Assembly (NCBI RefSeq): GCF_964204645.1 | Contig: NC_134034.1 | Span: forward strand, 8,444,962 to 8,508,961 | Source of the DNA: Tubulanus polymorphus | Lineage: Eukaryota > Animalia > Nemertea | Reading direction: 5' to 3' | DNA length: 64,000 bases | Part shown: positions 1 through 13,566 of the stretch, piece by piece | How the letters are laid out: every line of letters begins with the position of its first letter | How positions within the stretch are numbered: the stretch's first letter is position 1 | Notes under the pieces: generated by a model | The model's database searches: none | What the model saw: the letters and a program-made list of their open reading frames with translations, nothing else | What the model was told of the DNA's origin: nothing | Made by a program: the position numbers and the translations under genes

Positions 1-112
1 ACATTAAAAGTGTCAGTAAAGTGTGATTGAAATAATTCATATATATATGAATAACATATAAATGAATAACTTTTAAAATCAATTTTAATAAAAAATTTAG
101 TATTAAAATGGA
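1..112 (+). repeat. Inner part of left TIR of copy A, including the ATGGA start of pPolB
   Basis: Reverse complement of 14878-14989. Confidence 0.93.
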
Positions 113-3100
113 AGCAAATAAGTACTACTGTTCAACATGCCAAATCAATATAGATAAATCTCAAAAAGCAAGACACAATAAAACTAAAACACGTTTAGAG
201 AATAAATTAAAGTTAAAATATAAAGATGATATATTAGAAACTAAATTAGATGAATTAAAGAATGAAAAAGAAATATATAAATGTGATACGTGTAATCAAT
301 CATTCAGTGATAAAAGATATTATAAAGAACATTTAAAATCTAAAAGTCATATTAGAAATAAGAATAATGATATTTTAGGTGAGGATCATTTTGATAAAGA
401 TAATAATAAGAAACAGAAGACAATTAAAAGAATAAAAAATAAATTAAACAATAAAAGACCATATATGGAAGATGTAAGAAATTATATTAATTCATTAGAT
501 AATAAAAAAGAAATAGAAATAACCGAAGCATTTAAAAGTGATATTGGTCCAGCAGCTATTGAGTTTAAAATTCATAAAGGAAAAACATTAGGAGAAAATA
601 AAAAACATTTAGAAAATATGAAAAATATTATAAAAATAATTACATATGTTGAATACCCTAAAATTAGTATATCTTCTAAAGTAAAGTTTATAAAATCTGA
701 AGATAAACAAATATATAATGTAAATTCTCATTCACAACATATTATTTCAAAACAACATATAGATGATAAATTAGATAAATGTTATAAAATAGAAGAGAAA
801 TATTTTGAAGGATCAGGTTTAATATTTGATGTAATAATATTTATGACTTACATGTTTATAACACAAAATATAATAAGTTAACTAAATCAAAACCAATTGA
901 TGAAAATAATTTATCATATTATAAAGATGATAGTATAAATGGATCAAGTTATATCCAATTACCATTTAGAACTAATGCTGTTATAAATGTACAAAATTCT
1001 GATGATAAATGTTTTCTATGGTCAATTATTAGTTGCTTACATCCTGCAACTGATAATTTTTGTAGAGTATCAAAGTATAAACCATTTGAAAACAATTATA
1101 AGATAGACAATTATCCTGTTAGAATTAAAAATATGCCAAAAATAGAAAGAGATAATAATATAAAGATAAATGTGTTAAAATGTGTTAAATGTGATAAATT
1201 TAGTCAAATTGCCAAAAACAAAAGGTAATAATATTAAACATCATACATTAGAACCTCTATACTTATCAAAAGATTATGATTCAAATGATGTTATAGATAT
1301 ATTATATTATGAGAATCATTATATGTGGATTAAAAGAATTGATTTATCTTTTAAATCAGAAAATGATTTTGATAATAAAATATACCTATGTAGAAAATGT
1401 TTACATAAATTCATAACTGAAAGTGCATTATTAAATCATAAACAATTATGTGATAATCATGATTATTGTAAAATAGTTTTACCAAATGAAAAGGATAAAA
1501 TATTAGAATTCAAAAAATATGATTACAAGAATAAAATACCATTTGTAATATATGGAGATTTTGAATCATTAAATAAAGAATTAACTGATCAAGATAGAAA
1601 AGAAATATATTATAAAAGAAAGAAATTCTAATGAAAATGATATAATTGATTATTGAAATCCCCTAATAACAAATACAATTAAAAAGATTCATCAATCAGC
1701 TGCAGCTTTTGGATTATATATCAAATCTGATTATCCAGAACTAATTAAAAGTGAATATCATTATAGAAATGAAAATGTTATCAATCATTTTTGTGACTTA
1801 TTAATTGAGTATGAAATCAAATTTAGTAAACTATTAGATACAAAAATAGAAATTATAATGACGGAAGAAGATAAAGAAGAATTTGAGTTTGCAGATAAAT
1901 GTTTTTATTGCGAAAAGATATTTAATTTTAGAGATGAAAAAGTAAGAGACCATAATCATTTGAATGGAAAGTTTAGAGGCGCAGCGCATGAGAATTGTAA
2001 CTTATAAGCTAAGAAAATTAACTTTGTTCCAATAATATTTCATAATTTATCAGGATATGACGCACATTTATTTATCAAACAGTTATGCCATAAAATAGAA
2101 GAAATCAATAATGAAAAAGAAAGATTAAATTAAGATAGATCAAAAGATAAAATACCAACTTATAAATTTAGAATGTTAGCTAAAACATCTGAGAATTATA
2201 TATCATTCCAATTTGGGTGTCTAAGATTTATAGATTCATATAGATTTTTAAGTAGTTCATTAGATAACTTATCAAAATCATTAGTTGATGATTAATTAAG
2301 AATATCAAAACAACACTATCCAAATAATGATGATTTTCAATTAATGAGATATAACGGTGCAATTCCATATTCTTTTTATAAATCACATAATGATTTTAAC
2401 ATAACTGAATTATTAAAAGAACAATTTTATGATGAATTAAACAATGAATATGTTGAAAATGAAGTCTATAATAGAACATTGAATATTTGGAATCATTTTA
2501 AAATGAAAAATCATGGACAATTAGCAGATTTATATTTAAAATCAGATGTATTATTATTATCGGATATATTTGAAAGGTTTAGAGATGTAAACCTAAAATA
2601 TTTTAATATTGATCCTTGCCATTGTTATTCTAGCCCAGGTCTAACTTGGGATTGTGGTTTAAAATTTACAGATATAAAAATGGATTTGTTAACAAATATA
2701 GATCAATTATTATTTGAAAAATCTATAAGAGGAGGAGTTTCAGGTGTATTAGGTGATAGATATTTCAATGTAAATGATAATCCTGGATATAAGTTATTAT
2801 ATATAGATGCAAATAATCTATATGGTTGGGCAATGATGGAACCACAACCTTATGGAGTATTTGAAATAAGTGAAGTTTTACAACATGAAAATAATGATAA
2901 ATTTGATTGGAAGAAAAGAATTCTAGATATAGCAGATGATTCAGAGACTGGTTACTTTTTTGTTGTAGATTTAGAATATCCTGAAAACATTAAATTTAAA
3001 TCTAGAAATCTAGCATACTGTCCAGAACATAAAACTGTGACACATGAAGAATTATCAAATTATAAAAAAGAATTAAACCCGAAAATCATATTCATACAGA

Positions 3101-4416
3101 AAAGTTAATGGTAACTCAGGAAGATAAATATAATTATGTAGTACATTATAGAATGTTAAAGATTTATCTAAAACAAGGAATGATCCTTAAAAAAGTACAT
3201 AGATATATTTCATTTAGTCAATCTAAATGGTTAGAAAAATATATAGATTTTAACACCAAACAGAGAACTAAAGCTAGAGAAAGATTTCTTCAAGTTAATG
3301 AATAATGCATTCTATGGTAAGACTTGTGAAAATATTAGAAATAGAAATGATATTGAGTTAGTAATGGTAAAAGCATTAGCCATTTACAAACATATCCTAA
3401 ATTTATGGGCAACAAAATATTTGATGAAAATTTAGCTGCAGTTAAAATGAGGAGAACATCAATGAAATTTAATAAACCAATTTATGTTGGTGCGTCAGTT
3501 TTAGAATTATCAAAGTTATTATTGTATAAATTTTACTATAACGTATTACAACCTCATTTTGGAGAAAAACATATAGAAATCTTATATTTCGATACTGATT
3601 CTTACATATTAACCCTTTCAGTGCGTCTACACCGCAGTGCGGTGTATAAATCGGTGATGGATTTTGCTAGTACACCGCACTGCGGTGTATTGATGTAATT
3701 AGTAATTTGTAATTATCTCTATTGAAAAATGGCAGCAAGTGTCAAACATAGTGAAATACTAGTAACTAACGATACACCGCACTGCGGTGTAGACGCACTA
3801 TAGTGGTATTCCCATTGTTCAACACACTAGGGTGGAATTTTTTAGAATTTTCAAATTTTCTCCAGCACTATAGGGTATTAATTAGTCAGCACTGAAAGGG
3901 TTAAAGATAAAAACTAATAACATAACTGATGATTTAAAAACATTAAAACATCATTTTGATTTCAGTAACTATCCTAAAGATCATGAATTGTTTAGCAATG
4001 ATAATAAAAAAGTTCCCGGGAAGTTTAAGGATGAATTAGGTGGTGAAGAAATGATAGAGTTCATTGGTATTAGATCTAAAATGTATTCATATAAAACTAA
4101 AGAACATGAAGCTAAAAAGTTAAAAGGAATAACCAAAAGTGTAGTAGAAAAGAATATTCATTTCAAAGATTACATCAATTGTATATTCAATGAAGAAGTT
4201 AGAAAACATAAGATGAGATGTTTTAGATCTGAAGATTATGAAATGTTTATTGAAGAGATAGAAAAGATAAGTCTAAACCCATTTGATGATAAAAGATATA
4301 TTTTAGATGATGGAATTCATACAGTTGCATATGGTTGCAATTTAGATGTATACTTAAAATTTAAAAGAGAAGAAACAAAAGAGAAGGAAATAATGAAAAG
4401 GATTCTAGCGTGTTAA
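108..4416 (+). pseudogene. pPolB: Protein-primed family B DNA polymerase (pPolB), fragmented
   Basis: ORF pieces 108-881, 1182-1631, 2344-3108, 3108-3305, 3405-3698 and 3988-4416 are colinear with 42513-46555. Motifs YGDFES, YIDANNLYG and YFDTDS are present. Interrupted by a MITE. Confidence 0.93.
3613..3900. mobile_element. piggyBac-type MITE (288 bp) inserted in pPolB
   Basis: TTAA TSD at 3609-3612 and 3901-3904; TIR CCCTTTCAGTGC...GCACTGAAAGGG; the empty site CATATTAAAGATAAA is present in copy B near 46036-46050. Confidence 0.92.
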
Positions 4417-4468
4417 TCAAATTTTAATAAAAATATGAATTATAATTTAGTAAAAATATGTATAATAA

Positions 4469-5137
4469 ATGGAACCAGAACAACCACAAACTATCAATAT
4501 TACAAATAACACTGGTGTCATAAACATATACTACAAGAAGTGTTCTAAATGTGAATTAGATGAAGTAGCTATAACAGAATTTAATAAGCGTAAGATTAGC
4601 AAAGATGGTTTTCAATATTGCTGTAAAACTTGTATTAAACTATATACCAAACAATATCGAGAAGATAATAGAGAAGCTTATAATGATTATATGACAGAAT
4701 ATATGAGAGAAAGATATAAAACATATCTTAATTTTAGATTGAAACAATGCTTAAGATCTAGATTAACACAATTATTCAACAAAGAAACACATTCAGAAAC
4801 ACTATCTAATTTATTGGGTTGTTCAGATGAATTTCTAAAATCCTGGATTGTTCATCAATTTGATGATGAAATGAATATTAATAATTATGGGGATTATTTT
4901 CATATTGATCACGTGTTACCGATATCTAAATTTAACATGAGTGATGAATACAATAAAAAACTAATTTGGAATTGGAAGAATTTAAGTCCTCTTGAAAAGA
5001 AAGAAAATAAAATAAAATTTAATAAACTAGATTTACAGTTATATTTGGATCAACTGGATAAAGCAAAGAAATTTATTGAATTATGGAATAATGATCCACA
5101 TAATGAACAATACGTTGAGTCTTTAATAAGTGGTTAA
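4469..5137 (+). CDS. HNH-type endonuclease with N-terminal CxxC..CxxC zinc finger (NCLDV-like family)
   Basis: CSKC/CKTC, LLGCS..FLKSWI..QF, HIDHVLPIS..WKNL.PLEKKEN motifs; intact ORF. Confidence 0.8.
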   Translation: MEPEQPQTINITNNTGVINIYYKKCSKCELDEVAITEFNKRKISKDGFQYCCKTCIKLYTKQYREDNREAYNDYMTEYMRERYKTYLNFRLKQCLRSRLTQLFNKETHSETLSNLLGCSDEFLKSWIVHQFDDEMNINNYGDYFHIDHVLPISKFNMSDEYNKKLIWNWKNLSPLEKKENKIKFNKLDLQLYLDQLDKAKKFIELWNNDPHNEQYVESLISG

Positions 5138-5345
5138 AGAATAATATAATTCAAATAAAAGATATTAAAAAAACAATAACTTCAACTAGCTAGTGAATTC
5201 TCTTATATTTTTAATATTTTCTTTGGCAATTCTTGTTAACACTAGATTAAATAGATTTTGATAAGATTAGTATCAATAACTTAACTAACTAGCATTATTT
5301 TATAATACTTATATTATTTTTTTCTCACTTTTTTCTCTAATATAA

Positions 5346-5950
5346 ATGTCAAAGAAATCTAATAAGAATAGTATTAATATTGAAAAAACGTTAGATGATT
5401 TAGGTATTAGTGATAATAAGGATATCCAACCAAAATTTGAAATAATATTAATTGTTATATTGATTATGAATACTACTTATATTGTAAACACCATCTTGAA
5501 TTACTAATTGCTAGCGGAAAGTGTAAGGAATTCCTAACTAAAATAATAACTTTTCAAGAATTAGACTCTATGAAACCAGATAAAGTAATAAAACATTTCA
5601 AAATATATGAAGAAGCTAGATTAGCCCGAATAAATGATTCTATTTCAGATAGTATTGTCAAATGTTATTCAAAATTATGTAACCGGTTAATGTCAATTGA
5701 TGATGAAAATGAATTATATAGTGATTTGAAAAATGACTACTTAGTTATGACTGAATTACAAAAATGGGTTGGTTACGCTTCATTTCAATTAGGATCGGTT
5801 ATGACATTAATTTCTACTGGTGTCATAACATTTTAGAATATCAAACCTATAGAATATAAATCAGGTAAGAACGAAACAGATGGCGCCGTACGACCAAACG
5901 GTGAAACAGAAAATGAATCAGAACAAAAATTAACTAAAATAAATGAGTGA
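5346..5950 (+). pseudogene. Conserved Polinton hypothetical protein (homolog of 57263-57865), disrupted
   Basis: Starts MSKKSNKNSI at TAAATG; frameshift and stop relative to copies B and C. Confidence 0.85.
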
Positions 5951-6341
5951 TGGTATTGCCGTACGGCACCCACACAGTGATGTTAAGAAAAAGCCTAGAT
6001 CAGAGAAACAAATTAAATGGGCAAGAGAATTAGGTAAAAGATCTGCAGAATTAAAAAAAGCTAAGAAAAAGAAATTAACTGATATAAATGAATCACAGAC
6101 TTTATCTGATATTGATTCAAATAATGATCGATCTAATAGATTCAGCACAGCTGCATCTCATAATAAATTATGTATTACAATTGGATTAGTAACAGTTATT
6201 ATATTCTCTGGTGTAATATATAAATATAAGTATAGATCTGATGATAAAGATGATTCCAATGATAATAAACCTATTATACCAGAAAATAAGTCAAATCATA
6301 AAGTCATTGAAACTAAATCTAAATTATTATTAATGGATTAA
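5943..6341 (+). CDS. Small basic protein with one TM helix (homolog of 56884-57270)
   Basis: RSEKQIKWARELGKRS motif; hydrophobic ITIGLVTVIIFSGVIY. Confidence 0.8.
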   Translation: MSDGIAVRHPHSDVKKKPRSEKQIKWARELGKRSAELKKAKKKKLTDINESQTLSDIDSNNDRSNRFSTAASHNKLCITIGLVTVIIFSGVIYKYKYRSDDKDDSNDNKPIIPENKSNHKVIETKSKLLLMD

Positions 6342-6347
6342 AATAAG

Positions 6348-7438
6348 ATGAAAAAAGAGCAATATTTAAGAGATTTATATTATAACCCAGAAAGTGAAGT
6401 ATCATATTCTAGCGTTACAGAATTATGGGATAAAATTAAATCTGATAAAGAAATAGGTGATATAAAATATAGTGAATTAAGATTATGGTTACAAAATCAA
6501 CCAACATATCAAATACACAAGAAAATGGATAAACTTATTTAACAAGAAAAGTTATGGTTTCATATATCGATCAACAATGGCAAGCTGATTTAATTGATAT
6601 GAATTACTTAGAAGAACACAACAAAGGATATTTCTGGATACTGAATGTTATAGACATATTCAGTAGATACGCATGGTCAATTCCAATCAAAAATAAAACT
6701 GGTATAGAAGTGACAAATGCTTTTTAATCAATATTTAAAGAAGCTATTCCAGATAAGATACAATTTGATGAAGGTAAAGAATTCTATAACAAACATTTTA
6801 AAAAACTATTATCTGATAACGATGTAGATTATTTTTCAACACACTCAGATAAAAAAGCATCTATTATAGAAAGATTTAATAAAACATTGAAAACTAGAAT
6901 GTGGAAATATTTTACTGCTAATGAAACATATAAATATATCGATATATTAGATGATTTGGTGAAAGGTTATAATAATATTAAACATAGTTCTATAAATATG
7001 AAACCTATACAAGCTAGAAAAGAAGATAATTCAGAAATAGTTTGGAATAATTTATATGGTGCGTTTCTTACATATGATTTCGGTGAACCTAGATTTAGAA
7101 TAGGGCAACACGTAAGAATAATTATATATAGAAAAACATTTTATAAAGGTTATACCCCAAATTTTACTGAAGAAATATTTAAGATTAAAAAGATAATATT
7201 AACTAAACCTTTTGTTTATAAATTAGAAGATATAAAAGATGAAGAAATATTAGGTTATTTCTATGAACAAGAATTATCACTTGTACCAAACCCAGATGAA
7301 ATAGAATACAAAATAGAAAAAGTATTGAAAACAAAAACTCTTAAAGGAAAAAAGTATTCTTTGGTGAAATATAAAGGGTACGATGATAAATTTAATGAAT
7401 GGATTTTATGTAGTAAGATTAAAAGAATAAATGAATAA
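6348..7438 (+). pseudogene. INT: Retroviral-like (rve) integrase with C-terminal chromodomain, disrupted
   Basis: WQADLIDM, QFDEGKEF and IERFNKTLK DDE motifs across a frameshift and a stop; YKIEKVLK...VKYKGYDDKFNEWI chromodomain. Confidence 0.92.
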
Positions 7439-7986
7439 AGATTTATTTATATTTGAACCGCAATATGTTAGTTACTGGAGTAACCAACTGTGGTAAAACA
7501 CATTTCATATTAGACTTGTTAGAAACTGTTTATAAGAATCATTTTGATAATATAATATTATTCTGTCCTACTTATGAAATGAATAAAACATATAATAGAG
7601 ATATAGTTAAGATAAAAAAGTTTATTATATTAGATCCTAAAACAGTAAAAGATTATTAAAACATTATTCATTATAGATGATTGCGCAAATTTACATGATT
7701 CAAAAGTGATTTATGTTTTCTAGCTTTCTCTGGGAGACATTTTGGGATAACAACATGGGTTTTAAATCAAAAATATAATTCAATTGTTAAAGACTTTAGG
7801 GAGAATATAAGGTTTCTAGTTTTATTCTACAATAAAGATAGAAAATCAATGCAACAATCTCTGGAAGAAAATCAAATTATACCTACTGAATTACATGATG
7901 AATATATGAATAAATTAAAGAATAATAAAGGTTCCAAATTACTTCTGAGACTACAATTTCCATATGAATATAAGTATATAAAATAA
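7431..7986 (+). pseudogene. A32/FtsK-like packaging ATPase, disrupted
   Basis: GVTNCGKT Walker A; IIDDCA and SGRH in shifted frames; homolog of 55185-55799. Confidence 0.9.
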
Positions 7987-7987
7987 G

Positions 7988-8551
7988 ATATTTTAAGTAT
8001 TAATGTATTAGATACGTATTAAGTACGTATTAAGTACGTATCAAATACGTATTAAGTACGTATTAAGTACGTATCAAATACCTGAATTCTTAAAACCCCC
8101 TTTTTTATTTACTATTATTTTATAAAATTTTCAACCAATTTATTTTTATTTTTCAACATATATATGAATAAGTTTGAAAATAATAAAGGTTATTTATTAT
8201 TATTGAGGTTTCAATATAAATTTTAAAAAAAATTATTATATAAGGTATTTTAAGTATTAATGTATTAGGTATGTTTTAGATACGTATTAAATACGTATTA
8301 AATACGTACTAAATACGTATTAAATACCTTAATACTTAAAACCTTTTTTATTTACTATTATTTTATACAATTTTCATCCATTTTAAATTGGTTGAAAATA
8401 ATAAAGGTTATTTATTATTACTGAGGTTTCAATTTAAATTTTTAAAAAAATTATAATTTAAGGTATTTTCAAATAATATGTATTAGATACGTACTAAATA
8501 CCTTAATACTTAAAACCCCTTTTTTATTTACTATTATTTTATACAATTTTC
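7988..8551. repeat. Central array of about 3 palindromic units (~220-250 bp) with TACGTATTAA(G/A) subrepeats, at the convergence point of copy A
   Basis: Units begin near 7988, 8243 and 8461; GGTATTTTAAGTATTAA...TTAATACTTAAAA(A)CC arms enclose the TACGTA repeats. Confidence 0.85.
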
Positions 8552-9673
8552 GTGTTTTGTAGTTTTTTTCCCAGAACCATGTAATGAAATATCCTCTGTG
8601 GTTCTAAAATCTAACCATAGTGCGTATTTATTACCGGTATGATAATCAATTTGATTAATATTACAATTTTCAGATGATTTTACTTTTTCATTCATAAAAT
8701 GTTTTCTAATTTCTGGCCATTGATCTATCATTCTCATTCCTTGACAAAATATTTTATTTGCTATTCCTTCGATAGTTATTTATACTTTTGTTATTTCAGG
8801 ATTATAATATTTATCAACCTGTATTGCACCATTAGAATATGTTGCAATAGTAAAAAATATTAATCTACCTTTAATAGATCTTCTTGGGAAGTTAATATTC
8901 TCATTAATTATTTCATCATTTGCATTTATAGTTACAGTTTTAAATTTATCAATATAATCATATAATAATGAAAATCCTTGATTGTATTGAGTTTGAATTG
9001 TGTTAGCAATATTTTCATCAGTTACTGTATCATATTCTAAACATATATTCGATAAATTATAACCCATATCTTTAACAACGCTAGATAATACAATTTCATT
9101 TACAGGAGCAAATGTTATCTCGAATATAACATCTTCTTGAATTGCGTATTTATATAAAGGTGCATTATTATTTATCAATTCAAAATCTAATGGAATTTTA
9201 TATTTGCTTCCATAAATCTTTTTTATCAAATTATCTGCGGTACGAGTTATTATTGCGTCATTAGCTCCTGATCTTAATTTATTTTGGTTTTCTGATTGGA
9301 TGCCTTGAAATATCATATTATTTCTATTTTCTTTTGTTAACCATAAATCTTTATAATGCATAAATAGATTATAATCATCTAATGAGAAAACTGTTTCTGG
9401 ACCAATCTTTATAGATAATTTTTTAATCAAATATCTTCCAACATTATCGACCACATAATTATTATCATGACCAGTGACTTTTATATCGGCTGATAAATAA
9501 ATACTATTTGGAACATAAAAAGTATTTTGTGTTGATCTAGGGATTCTAACATATAAAGTTTCATCAGGATTACTATTAGAAGGATTATGAGTAATTATAT
9601 GATGTGATCTTTCTGCTTTAATAGCATTAGATATTCTAGAATTCTTAGAAGGACTTATATAACTCCCACTCAT
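8552..9673 (-). pseudogene. MCP: Major capsid protein, frameshifted and 3'-truncated
   Basis: Highly similar to 52016-53263; the C-terminus after KKLQNT is replaced by the central repeat. Confidence 0.8.
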
Positions 9674-9758
9674 TTATTTAAGAAAAAAAATTAATTATCT
9701 ATTTTTTATCATGTTTATTTTTTATTATGTTTTCTTGATATTTTTTTATTAATATACA

Positions 9759-11166
9759 CTAACCCATATTCACTAACCCAAAAATAATAGCACTTACAGC
9801 TGTAATATAAAATAAAATAATATGTTCAGCAGCAAAGTTAATTATGTTTCCTGCAGATTTCAATATAAAACCAATAATTGATGCAATAACTCCGGGTAAT
9901 GCTGCAGCAGATTTTTTAGATAGTTTCCTTAAATATTTTGCTAATTTTTTTAAACCATCCTTAACTTTATCTTGTATAGAATTATTATCATTCGGGGGTT
10001 TATCTGGTTTATTGGGAGTAGGTGTAGATTTCAGTGAATTTGATATAGCTAAACCTATTGTTGTGAATACCATAGTTACAGCTGTTAGAATTGAAAGAAT
10101 TGTTATACCTTCTTATTTAAATAATAATTTTATTCTATCTTTCAATGATATTTAAGAATTTGGTTTTATCAACAAATCTTTAAAAATAACTTTAAATCCA
10201 TCGTTCTAAATCAGACTTTTATTGTTCTATTTCTTCATTTGCATTAGTTAATTCTTTTTCTAAAAATCTAATTTTAATATCCCTTTTACTTTTTTCATGC
10301 GCAATTTTATCAACTGATTCTTGCATACCTTTAATTTCTCTACGTGTTTGTTCAGGAAATGCTTCTAATTCATCATCAGTTAAATCAAATAATCCTTTTT
10401 CTAGTAAAGATTGTATTCGATTTATTCCAGTTTCAGTACCGGGTGTATCTAAAACACTATTCATCTCTTCTTCAAAAGAATTCGTTGTATCCAGTAAGTT
10501 ATCTAAACGTTTTCCTAATTGTAATCGACTTGAATCATTATCAATTTGTTGAATATCTCTTCTCGATGTTTCTGTTCTAAATTATTATTGATTGTTTCAA
10601 ATAAGTCATTAATTCTTTGTTTAAATACTCTTTTATTTTGATTTATTTCTTCTTGTGTTACATCTTCTGGTTCATTACTATTAAAACTTATTCTTTTAAT
10701 TCTAGATGATTCTAAATTACTCAAAGTTGATTCCGCTAATATTTTGTTTTCACGTTTATAAGTGATATTAATATAATAATCATCTTTCGAATGATAATAA
10801 TATTCACCATTATCTAAAAGTTTTAATTAATTCTCTTACTAAAAGTCTAGCACCTCTATCATTGATATTATATCCAGATATTTCAAATACAGGTTGTAAT
10901 TTTAGAATAAATTTATTATATTCTTAATTTTTTTAAAATAAATATGAATCTTCATTTTCAGGATTTATTCTCGATCTAGTTCTTCTATCATATTCATCTG
11001 TTGATGGGGCTTTAGAACCACTATCTGCTAAATTAGAATTATACGCGGATGAATTATCATCATAAATATCAGTTTCACTAAATTTGGGTTGTGGTTTATC
11101 AGGTATAAATCCTTCATTATCATTTCCCATGACTTTCATTGGAATATCTTCTACAACTTCTGTCAT
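9759..11166 (-). pseudogene. Coiled-coil/membrane protein (homolog of 50534-51995), fragmented
   Basis: Fragments share AYNSNLADSGSKAPSTDE and KSAAALPGVIASI with copy B. Confidence 0.82.
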
Positions 11167-11188
11167 TTACATAATAAAAAAATTAAAA

Positions 11189-12414
11189 TTAAAAATATAA
11201 TATTCCTCCGATTACAATTCCTATGCAAGTTATAGCTAATTTAGCATTTTCATGGGATTTATTATCATTATCAGTTTTAATTATTTCATGTTGAATAATA
11301 TCAGTTTTACCATTTTCTGTAGTATTATAATCGTTTATTTTAGAATCATTATTTAATTTTATATTCTTAGTTTTAGTTTCTGTTGATTGAATATGTTTTT
11401 TATTTTTTTCACCTTCCATTAATTTTGGAGCAGTAATAATCTTTTTATTTATATCATTTAATCCAAATGAATTATTGATTGTTGCAGTCTTAATAAAATT
11501 TTTATTACCAATCATATTTCCCATCTTTAATACTAAATCATTAGAAATAATTAATAGATTAGGGCCTATACAATAATTTAATCTAATATGTGATTTATCT
11601 AAATAATTTTGATATCTTACTATATTTTCTGGAATCGATCTATTTTTATCATTATGAATTGAATTTTCAAATAATACTTTGAATTGTTTCTGCACATCGA
11701 ATGAAGTATTATCATTTCCAACTATTGGGGATCTTGTTTCAACTTGAGCACCTAAAATACATATCAAATAAGTTCTAATTGATTGATTTATTCTTTGTAT
11801 ACCTGATTTTGTAAAACCTTCACTATTTTCTGAAATAAAATTAATCCAACCATTATTATTATCAATTTTATAATTATGATAAGCTCCAATTCTATGCATA
11901 TAATCAATTCTTTTTATTTCATACTGTTCACCAATACCTTGTAATTTACCATGCGCTCTAAAATGGGATTTAATATTTATATCCGGGTAAAGGACATTCT
12001 AATTCATTTAATATTATTCTGATTTGAAAATATGTGTGAAATCTAAATATTGTGTGAATTAATTTTAAATCAGAATAATTCAAATTTTCATCTAAGTTAT
12101 TTAAATGATCATTCCAACTTATACCACAACCAGTTGTTGCACAATAAACAGCAAAATTTAATTGATTCTGCCAATATTTCATATTAGATTTTATTTTATA
12201 TATTTGATATTCATCCCGAGTAAAAGTAACTTCATATGCATTAAATATATTTTCCATTTTAGAAATAAAAAACTGTGTTTCAGTAACATAAATTTCTAAA
12301 TTAGTTAATGAATTTAAAACTAAATTTTTATATGTAATATTTTTTTTTAAAATCTATTGCAGGAATATTATATTTAATTGATTTATTATATTGGAAAGCT
12401 TTTGGAAACCCCAT
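11189..12414 (-). pseudogene. Conserved Polinton protein with WQNQLNFAVYCATTGCG motif and C-terminal TM, frameshifted
   Basis: Homolog of 49216-50517. Confidence 0.85.
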
Positions 12415-12430
12415 TTATATAATAAAAAAA

Positions 12431-12864
12431 TTAATAATTTATTAATTCTTTTAATAATTTATCTTGTTCTTCAACTGTTATATGACCAATTAAACTCATT
12501 ATATAATCTAGTGTATTCTTTAATTTATTAATTTCTTTTATATAAGTTTTAATTTTTCCTTTATTACTTTTTATATTTAATTTTGAACTTAAAGCGGTTA
12601 AAACACTTGATGATAATCCTAACACACCAATTGATATAACTAAAGGTGTTAATGGACTGAATATTGCTAGAAATGTTATTACAGAACTAATTGTAACCGA
12701 ACCACTGATAATAAAATAATATATAATTTTACGTTTTAAATATTTTTTCTTTTTATCTTTAAGTCACTTTCAAATTCTAATATTTGTTTTTCTAAATATA
12801 TTTTTAATTTAGTTTTATTTATATCATGAGGAATAATATCAATATTATCAAATTTATCATCCAT
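12431..12864 (-). pseudogene. Two-TM protein (homolog of 48765-49199), frameshifted
   Basis: Nucleotide colinearity with copy B. Confidence 0.82.
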
Positions 12865-12884
12865 TTATTTAACAAAAAAAATTA

Positions 12885-13307
12885 TTAATTAGTAAATTTA
12901 TATGCTACAAATATTACAATAACTGTGTCACCTAAAATCCAAATTATTTCATATTTCTGTTGTTCTTTACTTGGGGTATGATAATCTGATAATTTAGGTT
13001 TGTATAGATGTAATTTTTCTTTATTGGTTACTGCGTTATATAAACTCATTGCATCATCAACTGATTGAAAATCTCTATGTGAAATCTTCTGATCATATAA
13101 TTCTTTGTTAATATAATCCATATTGTTTTGCCTCTTTTCTCTGTATTCCTCTGCAGCTTTATTATATTTCTCTAATGCTAAGTTATGTCTTTTTTGTTCT
13201 GATAATGATCCATTTTTATCAATGTGCTTAAATAAATAACCACCACCAGTAAATGCTAAAGCGTTAACAATTGCTGAACCTATTATAGTTATAACTGCAG
13301 AAGCCAT
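12885..13307 (-). CDS. Conserved small protein with hydrophobic N-terminus and C-terminal TM
   Basis: Intact homolog of 48323-48745; GSAIVNALAFTGGGYLF, KRHNLALEK. Confidence 0.85.
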   Translation of the reverse strand: MASAVITIIGSAIVNALAFTGGGYLFKHIDKNGSLSEQKRHNLALEKYNKAAEEYREKRQNNMDYINKELYDQKISHRDFQSVDDAMSLYNAVTNKEKLHLYKPKLSDYHTPSKEQQKYEIIWILGDTVIVIFVAYKFTN

Positions 13308-13310
13308 TTA

Positions 13311-13559
13311 TTAAGTAATAAAAAAATTATACACTTCTTTTAAGGGAGGAATATATTTTTGTTTTTCCAAATAATCAATAGCTAAATTAGATAAAGTAAC
13401 TGCTAATGTTAATTCTAAAATATCATTTATATCAAATCTATCAACATTAACACTTCTCATTTTAAATAATTTTTTTAATACCATTGAATACCCAACAGTT
13501 CCAACTGATAGTAAGGCTTCATTATATAATCCAGTTATTATCCACTTATTATCACTCAT
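13311..13559 (-). CDS. Small hydrophobic protein (homolog of 48076-48297)
   Basis: Near-identical protein; TAAATG start. Confidence 0.78.
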   Translation of the reverse strand: MSDNKWIITGLYNEALLSVGTVGYSMVLKKLFKMRSVNVDRFDINDILELTLAVTLSNLAIDYLEKQKYIPPLKEVYNFFIT

Positions 13560-13566
13560 TTATTTA

